Origin: the human T2T-CHM13v2.0 reference genome, Homo sapiens
Direction: 5' to 3' (one strand)
Assembly (NCBI RefSeq): GCF_009914755.1
Contig: NC_060928.1
Length of the DNA stretch: 64,000 bases
The notes under the pieces are model-generated. The model made no database searches. It had not been told where the DNA came from and saw only the letters and a list, made by a program, of their open reading frames with translations. Below, one piece after another: positions 1-12,451 of the stretch. How positions within the stretch are numbered: position 1 is the first letter of the stretch; every line of letters starts with the position of its first letter. The position numbers and the translations under genes were made by a program.

Positions 1-619
1 CCTGTCTGCTCAACCCATTCGCTCTTCCACCCTTCGACCTCCTGAAATAGAGTAACTTCGATTTAATTTAATTTGATAAGTAATTATTAACATACTACAT
101 AACTATCTCCTTAGAAACTTCCACAGATAATGCAACAGAAGCACTCAGTTAACTACGATTTGTATCAAGGTTTGCTTAGAAATGTAGCTTATAACCATGA
201 TCTAGGTCAAATCAATCCTCTAAATCAAGCCAGCCTAAGTTGTTTTAAAAATCTAAAGTTTATATCAGGAAAACCTCAACTTTTATTTTTTACATTTTTT
301 AAGAATTACTAATTCATCATACTAACACATCATCTCTCCTAAATGACTGGGTAAACCTTGGCAATTTAGATGTGGATAAAGTAGAAGGCAAAGAGCAAAG
401 TGGAAGGAAGACACAGCTGGAATTGTAAAGCCATGCATTTTACTCGACAAAGTGTCAAGTGAATTGCTCTAGGTAAGAGACCTCAAAAATACAAAAAGTG
501 GTTTACTTTTTATAAAATTGCTTCTCTTTTAGAGAAAATCTTTCACTGGAAGCTTCATTCACTCTTGTTTTAAGCCTTTTTCTTATCTACAGACTACTTT
601 AATATGTCCTCAGATACCG

Positions 620-1040
620 TGGATATACTAATGATTCCCATATTTTTGCCTTTAGCTTATTCTATCCCCTAAACTGCCCACTTGTGTATACAACTGCCCA
701 CTTGACATTTCCACTTGAGTATCTCACTGGCTTTTTAATGTCATTATTCTGCATTAAATAATAGACTAGAATCTGACATCTGATTCTTCTCCTATAGACC
801 CTGTCTTGCTGAATTGCACCCGATGGCCCAAGCTCAAAATCTGGGAGTCATCCTTGACTCTTCCTTCTCCTTTATCCACAATATCAAATCACCCAGTCCT
901 CCCTTGATTCTACCTCATACACATCTCTTAAATCCTTCCACTCTCTTCATCCCAATTCCCAGTACCTTAGTTTGGGCCAACATTATGTCTCATTGGGATA
1001 TTTGCAATAACCTTTTAACAAGCCTCCATACCTCCAGTTC
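620..1040. mobile_element. L2 LINE fragment (ancient)
   Basis: Typical L2 3'-region wording, e.g. CCCAAGCTCAAAATCTGGGAGTCATCCTTGACTC; boundaries approximate. Confidence 0.65.
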
Positions 1041-1157
1041 TAATTTGGTCAATTGATCTTTATAGGTTTTTAGAGCTTACGAAAAAAATTAAAAATAATC
1101 TTAGAAAAAAAATTGAGTGTTATACAGTTACTAGCACAAATATTCTGCTTTTGGATG

Positions 1158-1589
1158 TTGTATTATTTTGGGTTTGCCATAGAAACAGAGAGAGAGATTC
1201 TAAGGAATTGTCTTATATGATTATGGAGACTGGCAACTCTAAACATCTGCAGGGCCAATGTCCCAATTGAAAGACACACAGGCTGTTTAGAACCAGGAAG
1301 AGCCAGTGCCAATTCAAAGGCTGTCAGGAAGAGCTGATTTTGGAAGACCAGGCCTTCAGGCAGAATTCTCCCTTGGTGGGGGAGGGTCAGCCCTTTGTTC
1401 TATTCAGGCCTTCTAGGGATAGGATGATCACAACACACACTAGAAAGGGCAATCCACTTTACTTAGTCCACTGATTTACATGTTGGCTTCATCCAAAAAC
1501 ATCCTGACTGAAAAGTGAGAATATTATCTAAACAAATATCTCGGGATCTGTAGCCCAGACAAGTTGAAACATAAAATTAACCATCACAC
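1158..1589 (-). mobile_element. MLT2-like (ERVL) solo LTR
   Basis: Ends in CCCAGACAAGTTGAAACATAAAATTAACCATCACA, characteristic of MLT2 LTRs; recognised from memory. Confidence 0.65.
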
Positions 1590-1640
1590 ATGGGGAGAGT
1601 AAATAATATAATAAGCCTGAGTATTAATAAGTCTAGCTAG

Positions 1641-3099
<1,459 letters not shown>

Positions 3100-3102
3100 T
3101 TT

Positions 3103-3120
3103 TGGCGACCACGAGGGGAC
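3103..3120 (+). promoter_or_regulatory. Primer-binding site, tRNA-Arg type
   Basis: TGGCGACCACGAGGGGAC directly after the 5' LTR; one mismatch to the recalled complement of the tRNA-Arg 3' end (TGGCGACCACGAAGGGAC), the primer used by ERV9. Confidence 0.85.
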
Positions 3121-3226
3121 TATCGCCTATCGTCAAGTGGTGAGACTATCGTCAAGCGGTGAGACTATCGTCAAGCAGTGAGACCATCGCCTATTGCTGA
3201 GACCATCGCCTATCGCCAAGTGGAGA
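3119..3226 (+). repeat. 19-26 bp tandem repeat in the proviral leader (about 5 units)
   Basis: Units of the form ACTATCG(CCTATCG)TCAAGYGGTGAG. Confidence 0.85.
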
Positions 3227-4442
3227 GTCCCATCGAACCCCTTTCGCTTGCTATTCTGTCCTATTTTTCCGTAGAATTCGGGGGCTAAATACCGGGCACC
3301 TGTCAGCCAGTTAAAAGTGACTAGCATGGCCACTGGACTAAAGACATGGGTGTCAGGCTTTCTGGGAAAGAGCTCTCTAACAATCTCCGACTCTTCAGAG
3401 TTGGGAGCATTGGTTTGCCTGGAACCAGCTTCCGCTTTTCCTGTACTTCTGGGCTGAGCCGAGCATCGACAGAGAGGAAAGCCATTCAGCTCCGGGGTGC
3501 CGACAACAAGTTGGTTGACCCAGCAGCCATGAGCGGAACTCTCAAAGGCATGTCGCCCAAGTGAGACTCACCCATCTATCCTATCTATCCTGACCCTTGT
3601 CCCCTGGGTCCTAATGCTTGCCAGACAAACTTCCCCTTGCCTCTTTTCTCTGAGGCTAGCCTCCCTTCTAAAAACCACTCCCTATCTCTGGTGCTTTTCT
3701 AGTTTCTCCTATAACAATGATTTCTAGTATCAACTTCAGGACTCTGTTACCTTCTTTAGGCACCCAGGCTCACCAATCAGAAAGACATAATTTTTGCCCA
3801 AAGCCCCATCATAGGGGGAACTATCTGGAATTTTAGGATACCTCCTCAGACAAGCAGGCGTAACAAAAGCTATTCCTGAAGCTAGGATATGGGGAGCCTC
3901 AGAAATTGTATCCTTCCTGTTCATATAAGTGAGGACAAAAGGCATCACTCTTCCAACTCTGGAGATCCCTTCCCTCCCTCAGGGTATGGCCCTCCACTTC
4001 ATTTTTGGGGCATAACATCTTTATAGGACACGGGTAAGGTCACAATACTAACAGGAGAATGCTTAGGACTCTAACAGGTTTTCGAGAATGTGTCGGTAAG
4101 GGCCACTAAATCCAATTTTTCTTGGTCCTCTTTGTGGTCTAGGAGGACAGGCAAGGTTGCAGGTTTTTGAGAATGTGTCAGTAAGGGCCACTAAATCCAA
4201 CCTTCCTCAGTCCTCTTTGTGGCCTGGGAGGAAAACTAGTGTTTCTGCTGCTGCGTCAGTGAGTGCGACTATTCCAATCAGCAGGGTCCAGGGATGGTTG
4301 CAGGTTCTTGGGCAGGGGTTGTTTCTGCTGCTGCGTCGGTAAGCACAACTATTCTGATCAGCAGGGTCCAGGGACCATTGCAGGTTCTTAGGCAGAGGGA
4401 GAAACAAAACAAACCAAAACTGTGGGTGGTTTTGTCTTTCAG

Positions 4443-5905
4443 ATGGGAAACACTCAGGCATCAACAGGCTCACCCTTGAAATGCATCCTAAGCCATTGGG
4501 GCCAATTTGACCCACAAACCCTGAAAAAGAGGCAGCTCATTTTTTTCTGCACTATGGCCTGGCCCCAATATTCTCTCTCTGATGGAGAAAAATGGCCACC
4601 TGAGGGAAGTACAAATTACAATACTATCCTGCAGCTTGACCTTTTCTGTAAGAGCGGAGGCAAATATGGAGAGAAATACCTTATGTCCTAGCTTTCTTTT
4701 CATTGAAGGAGAATACACAACTATGCAAAGCTTGCAATTTACATCCCACAGGAGGACCTCTCAGTTTACCCCCATATCCTAGCCTCCCTGTAGCTCCCCT
4801 TACTATTAATGATAATCCTCCTCTAATCTCCCCTGCTCAGAAAGAAATAAGCAAAGAAATCTCCAAAGGACCACAAATCCCCCCGGACCATCAGTTATGT
4901 CCCCTTCAAGCTGTAGGGGGAGGGGAATTTGGCCCAACCTGGGTACATGTCCCCTTCTCCCTCTCTGATTTAAAGCAGATCAAGGCAGACCTGGGGAAGT
5001 TTTCAGATGATCCTGATAGGTATATAGATGTCCTACCGGGTCTAGGGCAAACCTTCGATCTCACTTGGAGAGATGTCATGCTACTGTTAGATCAAACCCT
5101 GGCCTTTGATGAAAGGAATGCAGCTTTAGCTGCAGCCTGAGAGTTTGGAGATACTTGGTATCTTAGTCAAGTAAATGATAGAATGACAGCCAAAGAAAGG
5201 GATAAATTCCCTACTGGTCAGCAAGCCATCCCCAGTATGGATCCCCATTGGGACCCTGACTCAGATCATGGGGACTGGAGTCATAAACATCTGTTGACCT
5301 GTGTTCTAGAAGGACTAAGGAGAATTAGGAAAAAGCCCATGAATTATTCAATGATGTCCGCCATAACTCAGGGAAAGGAAGAAAATCCTTCTGCCTTCCT
5401 TGAGCAGCTATGGGAGGCCTTAAGAAAATATACTCCCCTGTCACCTGAATCACTCAAGATTCAATTGATTCTAAAAGATAAGTTTATTACCCAATCAGCA
5501 GCAGATATCAGAAGAAAGCTCCAAAAGCAAGCCCTGGGCCCTGAACAAAATTTGAAGTCATTATTAAACCTAGCAACCTCGGTGTTCTATAATAGGGACC
5601 AAGAGGAACAGTCCCAAAAGGAAAAGTGAGATCAGAGAAAGGCCACAGCCTTAGTCATGGCCCTCAGACAAACAAACCTTGGTGGTTCAGAGAGGACAGA
5701 AAATGGAGCAGGCCAATCACCTGGTAGGGCTTGTTATCAGTGTGGTTTACAAGGACACTTTAAAAAAGATTATCCAATGAGAAACAAGCCAACCCCTCCT
5801 CCATATCCACTATGCCGAGGCAATCACTGGAAGGTGCACTGCTCCAGAGGACAAAGATTCTTTGGGTCAGAAGCCCCCAACCAGATGATCCAACAACAGG
5901 ATTAA
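4443..5905 (+). pseudogene. gag: HERV9 gag pseudogene
   Basis: Starts [16 protein letters not shown]; major homology region ITQGKEENPSAFLEQL; frameshift near 4670-4700; stops at 5138-5140 and 5627-5629; both Zn knuckles have a Cys->Tyr change (CYQCGLQGHFKKDY, PYPLCRGNHWKVHC). Confidence 0.92.
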
Positions 5906-8110
5906 GAGTTCCTGGGGCAAGCGCCAGCTCATGTCATCACCCTCCCTGAGCCCCAGGTATGTTTAGCCATTGAGGGCCAGGAAATTGACTTCCTCCTGGA
6001 CATTGGCATGGCCTTCTCAGTGTTAATCTCCTGTCCTGGACGACTGTCCTCAAGGTCTGTTACCATCCGAGGAATCCTGGGACAGCCTGTAACCAGGTAT
6101 TTCTCCCACCTCCTCAGCTGTAATTGGAGACTTTGCTCTTTTCACATGCCTTTCTTGTTATGCCTGAAAGTCCCACACCCTTATTAGGGAGGGATATATT
6201 AGCAAAGGCTGGAGCTATTATCTACATGAATATGGAGAACAAGTTACCCATTTTTTGTCCCCTACTTGAAGAGGGAATCAACCCTGAAGTCTGGGCATTG
6301 GAAGGACACTTTGGAAGGGCAAAATATGCCCATGCAGTCCAAATCAGGCTAAAAGACCCCACCACTTTTCCTTCTCAAAGGCAATATCCCTTAAGGCCTG
6401 AAGCTCATAAAGGTTTACAGGATATTATTAAACATTTAAAAGCTCAAGGCTTACTAAGGAAATGTGGCAGTCCCTGCAACACCCCAATTCTAGGAGTACA
6501 AAAACCAAACGGTCAGTGGAGACTAGTGCAAGATCTTAGACTCATCAATGAGGCAGTAATTCCTCTATATCCAGTTGTACCCAACCCCTATACCTTGCTC
6601 TCTCAAATAACAGAGGAAGCAGAATGGTTCACTGTTCTGGACCTCAAGGATGCCTTCTTCTGTATTCCCCTGCACTCTGACTCCCAGTTTCTCTTTGCCT
6701 TCCAGGATCCCACAGACCACACATCCCAACTTACGTGGACAGTCTTGCCCAAAGGGTTTAGGGATAGCTCTCATCTATTTGGTCAGGCACTGGCCCAAGA
6801 TGTAGGTCACTTCTCAAGTCCAGGCACTCTGGTCCTTCAGTATGTGGATGATTTACTTTTGGCTGTCAGTTTGGAAGCCTCATGCCAGCAGGCTACTCTA
6901 GATCTCTTGAACTTTCTAGCTAATCAAGGGTACAAGGTGTCTAGGTCGAAGGCCCAGCTTTGCCTACAGCAGGTCAAATATCTGGGCCTAATCTTAGCCA
7001 GAGGGACCAGGGCCCTCAGCAAGGAACAAATACAGCCTATACTGGCTTATCCTCACCCTAAGACATTAAAACAGTTGCAGGGGTTCCTTGGAATCACCGG
7101 CTTTTGGCGACTATGGATCCCCGGATACAGCGAGATAGCTGGGCCCCTCTATACTATAATCAAGGAGACCCAGAGGGCAAATACTCATCTAGTAGAATGG
7201 GAACCAGGGGCAGAAACAGCCTTCAAAACCTTAAAGCAGGCTATAGTACAAGCTCCAGCTTTAAGCCTTCCCACAGGACAAAACTTTTCTTTATACATCA
7301 CAGAGAGAGCAGGGATAGCTCTTGGAGTCCTTACTCAGACTCGTGGGACAACCCCACAACCAGTGGCCTACCTAAGTAAGGAGTTGATATAGTAGCAAAA
7401 GGCTGGTCTCACTGTTTATGGGTAGTTGCGGCGGTGGCCGTCTTTGTGTCAGAGGCTATCAAGATAATACAAGGAAAGGATCTCACTGTCTGGACTACTC
7501 ATGATGTAAATGGCATACTAGGTGCCAAAGGAAGTTTATGGCTATCAGACAACCGCCTACTTAGATACCAGGCACTACTCCTTGAGGTACCTGTGCTTCA
7601 GATACATACGTGCGTGGCCCTCAACCCTGCCACTTTTCTCCCAGAGGATGGGGAACCAATTGAGCATGACTGCCAACAAATTATAGTCCAGACTTATGCT
7701 GCCCGAGATGATCTCTTAGAAGTCCCCTTAGCTAATCCTGACCTTAACCTGTATACCGATGGAAGCTTATTTGTGGATAATGGGATATGAAGGGCAGGTT
7801 ATGCCATAGTTAGTGATGTAACCGTACTTGAAAGTAAGCTTTTCCCCCACGGACCAGTGCCCAGTTAGCAGAAATAGTGGCACTTACCCGAGCCTTAGAA
7901 CTGGGAAAGGGAAAAAGAATAAATGTGTATACAGATAGCAAGTATGCTTATCTAATCCTACATGCCCATGCTGCAATATGGAAAGAAAGGGAGTTCCTAA
8001 CCTCTGGGGGAACCCCCATTAAATACCACAAGGAAACCATGGAGTTATTGCACGCAGTGCAAAAACCCAAAGAGGTGGCAGTCTTACACTGCCGAAGCCA
8101 TCAAAAAGGG
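5906..8110 (+). pseudogene. pol: HERV9 pro-pol pseudogene (protease, RT, RNase H; no integrase)
   Basis: Protease motif degenerate (LLDIGM); frameshift ~6125; 422-aa ORF 6124-7392 with LDLKDAFF and YVDD; RNase H motifs YTDGS and YTDSKY split by frameshifts/stops; ends at CRSHQKG. Confidence 0.93.
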
Positions 8111-8345
8111 GAAGGTGAGGGGAGAACAGCAGCATAAGCAGCCGGCAGAGGCAGAGAAAGACCAGCAGAGAGAGAGATACAAAGTCAAAGAAGGAAAGAG
8201 AGAAAGAGACAGAAAGGAAAGAGAGAGAGACAAAAAGTCAAAGAAAGAAGGAGAGAGAGAGGAAGAGACAGACAAAGAAGGAGTCAAAGAGAGAGACAGA
8301 GAGGAAGAGAGAGACAAAGAAGTCAAAGAGAAAGAGAGATGGAAG
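8110..8345 (+). repeat. AG-rich low-complexity tract inside the provirus
   Basis: (GA)n and AAAGAG-like units, almost purine-only on the + strand. Confidence 0.9.
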
Positions 8346-8850
8346 TAGTAAAGAAAAAATGGTGTACCCTATTCCTTTAAAAGCCAGGGCAAATTTAAAA
8401 CCTACAATTGGTAATTTAAGGTCTTCTCTGTAACCCTATAACACTCCAATACCACCTTGTTGTCAGTGTAAACAAGGGCATAGCCTGAAAGCACTGAGGC
8501 CACTGACAACCCATAGCCTTCCTATCAAAAATCCTTAACCCAGCAGGTTTCCTAATAGGAGATCTAAATCTGAAGGTCTGACCACACATAGGAGGAACTC
8601 CCTTCAGGACAGGATGATAGATGGTTCCTCCCAGGCAATTAGGAAAAAAGACACAATGGGTATTCAGTAAGTGATAAGGAAACTCTTACAGAAGCAGAGT
8701 TAGGAAAATTGCCCAATAATTGGTCTGCTTAAACGTTCGAGCTGTTTGCACTCAGCCAAACCTTAAAGTACTTGCAGAATCAGGAAGGAGCCATCTATAC
8801 CAATTTTAAGTTAATATGGACTGAACAAGGTCTTATTAATAGCAAAGAAT
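8342..8850 (+). pseudogene. Second, deletion-collapsed pol remnant (HERV-I/HERVIP-like)
   Basis: Hand translation gives YPIPLKARANLKPTI, PYNTPI, QPIAFLSKILNPAGFL, IDGSS and HNGYSVSDKETLTEAELGKLPNNWSA*TFELFALSQTLKYLQNQEGAIYT; family assignment from memory. Confidence 0.7.
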
Positions 8851-8959
8851 AATTGAAATCCCAAACTTACAAGGCTTTCAACTAAAGTAAAGTTTGCTAA
8901 ACGTTAGTAGTGTAACATGCGTTATCATACTGCCACACACTCTCAAAGGATTTCTCAGT

Positions 8960-9496
8960 TTGCAGGAAGTGATGAAATCTATCCTTACTCTACAATCCCA
9001 AATAGACTCTTTAGCAGCAGTGACTCTCCAAAACTGCCAAGGCCTAGACCTCCTCACTGCTGAGAAAGGAGGACTCTGCACCTTCTTAGGGGAAGAGTGT
9101 TGTTTTTACACTAACCAGTCAGGGATAGTACGAGATGCTGCCTGGTGTTTCAGGAAAAGGCTTCTGAAATCAGACAACGCCTTTCAAACTCTTATACCAA
9201 CTTCTAGAGTTGGGCAACATGGCTTCTCCTCTTTCTAGGTCCCGTGGCAGCCATGTTGCTGTTACTCGCCTTTGGACCCTGTATTTTTAACCTTCTTGTC
9301 AAATTTGTTTCCTCTAGAATCGAGGCCATCAAGCTACAGATGGTCTTACAAATGGAACCCCAAATGAGCTCAACTAACAACTTCTACCGAGGACCCCTGG
9401 ACCGACCTGCTGGCCCTTCCACTGGCCTAAAGAGTTCCCCTCTGGAGGACACAACTGCAGGGCCACTTCTTCGCCCCTATCCAGCAGGAAGTAGCT
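8960..9496 (+). pseudogene. env: env transmembrane-subunit remnant (SU deleted)
   Basis: Immunosuppressive domain LQNCQGLDLLTAEKGGLC, CX6CC motif (CTFLGEECC) and cytoplasmic tail GPCIFNLLVKFVSSRIEAIKLQM; frameshifted. Confidence 0.92.
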
Positions 9497-9544
9497 AGAG
9501 CAGTCATCAGCCAAATTCCCAACAGCAGTTAAGGTATCCTATTT

Positions 9545-9555
9545 AGAGGGGGGGA
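9545..9555 (+). promoter_or_regulatory. Polypurine tract
   Basis: AGAGGGGGGGA just before the 3' LTR. Confidence 0.9.
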
Positions 9556-9556
9556 T

Positions 9557-10576
9557 TGAGAGATGACAATGTGCTAGCAGCCCTGGCTCGCTCTTGGCGC
9601 CTCCGCAGCCTCGGTGTCCACTCTGGATGCACTGGAGGAGCCCTTCAGCCTGCCGCTGCACTGTGGGGGCCCCTCTCTGGGGCTGGCCGAGGCCGGAGCC
9701 GGCTCCCTCTGTTCACGGGGAGGTGTGGAGGGAGAGGCATGGGTGGGAGCTGGGGCTGTGCACGGTGCTTGCGGGCCGGCGTGGGTTCCAGGTGGGCTTG
9801 ATCGAGGAACGAGCTCCCTCTGGGCTGCTGGAGTGCCTGGGCTAGGTGCCACGAAGTCCCACGGCAAGTGCCATCAAGAGGTGAAGCCGGCTAGGCTTCT
9901 GGGTCAGGTGGGGACTTGGAGAACTTTTCTGTCTAGTTAAAGGATTGTAAAGGCACCAGTCAGCACTCTGTGTCTAGCTAAAGGTTTGTAAACTCACCAA
10001 TCAGCGCTCTGTCAAAACAGACCAATCAGCTCTCTGTAAAATGGACCAATCAGCTCTCTGTAAAATGGACCGATCAGCTCTCTGTAAAATGGACTAATCA
10101 GTAGGATGTGGGTGGGGCCAGATAAAGGAATAAAAGCAGGCCACCTGAGCCAGCAGTGGCAATCTGCTAGGGTCCCCTTCCATGCTGTGGAAGCTTTGTT
10201 GTTTCGCTCTTCACAGTAAATCTTGCTGCTGGTCACTCTTTGGGTCTGCGCCCCCTTTATGAGCTGTTAACACTCACCGCGAAGGTCTGCAGCTTCACTC
10301 CTGAAGCCAGTGAGACCACGAGCCCACCAGAAGGAACGGACAATTCCAGACGTGCCGCCTTTAAGAGCTGTAACACTCACCGTGAAGGTCTGCAGCTTCA
10401 CTCCTGAAGTCAGCGAGACCACAAACCCACCAGAAGGAAGAAACTCCGGACACATCTGAACATCTGAATGAACAAACTCCGGACACACCATCTTTAAGAA
10501 CTGTAACGCTCACTGCGAGGGTCCGCAGCTTCATTCTTGAAGTCAGCGAGACCAAGAACCACCAATTCCGGACATA
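9557..10576 (+). mobile_element. 3' LTR (LTR12 family)
   Basis: Colinear with the 5' LTR; starts TGAGAGATGACA, ends CCGGACATA. Confidence 0.95.
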
Positions 10577-10607
10577 CAGGGATTACAAGCTTGAGCCACC
10601 GTGCCCC
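10577..10607 (-). mobile_element. Alu 5' end, displaced by the provirus
   Basis: CAGGGATTACAAGCTTGAGCCACCGTGCCCC continues the Alu broken at 2051. Confidence 0.9.
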
Positions 10608-10736
10608 ATCATAAAGCTCTTAATATAGTACCTGGCACATCTTTCAAACTCAGAATTTTTGAAACATAACACATTTTTTTTTATGTTAACAATTTCATCT
10701 TACTGACTTTAGTCTCGAGTCTAAAAAATTTACATA

Positions 10737-11022
10737 AGCTCGGCACAGTGGCTCATGCCTGTAATCCTAGCACTTTGAGAGGCCAAGGCAGAAGAATCAC
10801 CTGAGGTCAGGGGTTCAAGACCAGCCTGGCCAACATGGTGAAACCCCATCTCTACTAAAAATACAAAAATCAGCCGGATGTGGTGGCGTGCACCTGTAAT
10901 CCCAGCGAGGGAGGCTGAGGCAGGAGAATCGCTTGAACCGGGCAGTAGAGGTTGCAGTGAGCCAAGATCACACCACTGCACTCCAGCCTGGGCATCAGAG
11001 TAAGAATTTGTCTCAAAAAAAA
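10737..11022 (+). mobile_element. Alu
   Basis: Dimeric Alu with A-tail. Confidence 0.93.
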
Positions 11023-11332
11023 ATTTACATCATTCCTTTGGGGTTTTTGTAGGGCTGGTAATGGACCGTTTACTACGTTTAAAAAAAATTATTAAGTCTT
11101 TGAGGAAATATTTACGCTTTCAGCTCTTCCCCAACCTCTCCCATAAAGCAAACAGAAATGTAAAAAGGTCACTTTGTAAACTCTTAAAGTGCCCATAGAA
11201 AGCTCACTACCTGACACCAGCAGTTGTCCTAAGCTGACATAACTCAATAGAATTAGAAATCAGTAACATGTTTTTTCTTTTCTTACAGGGAAAGACAAAT
11301 TGAGTTTTAGCATGGAGTTAAGCAAATAAATC

Positions 11333-11862
11333 TGTAGTGGAGGAAATACAATTTCTCCTCAAGCCTCATAAGTTCACAGTTGGGACAGATCCCTATAACA
11401 AAAGACAGATTAACAAGAGAAAAACAAGTAATTTTATTAATATATGCAACGTACATCACACAGGAGAAAACTCAATGAAAAGGTAAACACAAGTAGTGGC
11501 TTACAACTCTGGACTATATAGCATCTTCCACAAAGAATACATTTCAGAGAAGTGTGACAAGACGAAGGAAAGCAGTTTTAGGCTTCCAGAGGCAGAAACT
11601 GTGGAAGGTAAATATATGTTAAGAAACTAATAGTTTCTTGTTTGTAGATTCCTCTGGTGCTGTCTCAGCTGATTAGAGCCATCTTCTCATCTTGGTATCA
11701 GGAAAGCATCTTTATCAAAGAAGTTTGTATGGCTTGCTACAGGTAGGAAAGGACAGTTAAAATAGCCATTTCTGCAACTACTGTTAGTCAAGCACCTTTA
11801 GCTCGAAATAATCAGTATGCCAAATCGGCATATTTGGGGGTGGCATGTTCAAATTTCCTTCA
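11333..11862 (-). mobile_element. ERV1-class solo LTR (MER31/MER67/MER34-like)
   Basis: TGTAG...CCTTCA termini; shares CTATAACAAAAGACAG.TAACAAGA and AGYATGCCA..CATATTT motifs with the LTRs at 30377-32225. Confidence 0.7.
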
Positions 11863-12304
11863 GATAAAAAGAACAGAAAGGTCAGAATCTGGCCCTTACA
11901 TAGTAACTGCATGACAGATGTTGCACTTGAAAAATTGATACTTGGAGGAACAGCTATAAATATGTAAAAATAATTAAAACAAGATTCCAAAATCATGCCA
12001 TAAAAGAAAACAAATTTCAGTTGGACTAAACATCTAAATGTTAAAAACAAAAATTTTGTAACTTTTGGAAGGCTGAATAGGACTATTTTTATGACATTTC
12101 CTATACAAAAACCAGAAAAAGCAAATCATTATGAAAGATTGGTAAAATTACGTTTTTAAAAATTCAAGATTTCATAACCAAAATATGAAGACAAACCAGA
12201 CTAAAAAAGATAATTGGAACATACATAACAGATCATTAGTATTCAAAATATGTAATATCTAAAAACTGACAAGTAAAAAAAACAACATAGAAAAATGAGC
12301 AAAA

Positions 12305-12451
12305 ATGCCTGTAATCCCAGTGCTTTATAGGAGGAGGCGAGATGGGAGGATTGTTTGAGTCCAAGTCTAAGGTTACAGTGAGCTATGATCCTGCCACCAC
12401 ACTCCAGCCTGAGCAATAGAGTGAGATCTTGTCTCTTAAAAAAAAAAAAAA
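12305..12451 (+). mobile_element. Alu monomer (FLAM/FRAM-like)
   Basis: Single Alu arm plus A-tail. Confidence 0.8.

Noticed and set aside
8084-8348. Ser/Leu-repeat and Glu/Arg/Lys-rich ORFs
   Set aside because: Translations of the AG low-complexity tract.
8960-9496. Possible syncytin-like captured env gene
   Set aside because: No signal peptide, SU or fusion peptide; the TM portion is frameshifted and the immunosuppressive domain is altered.
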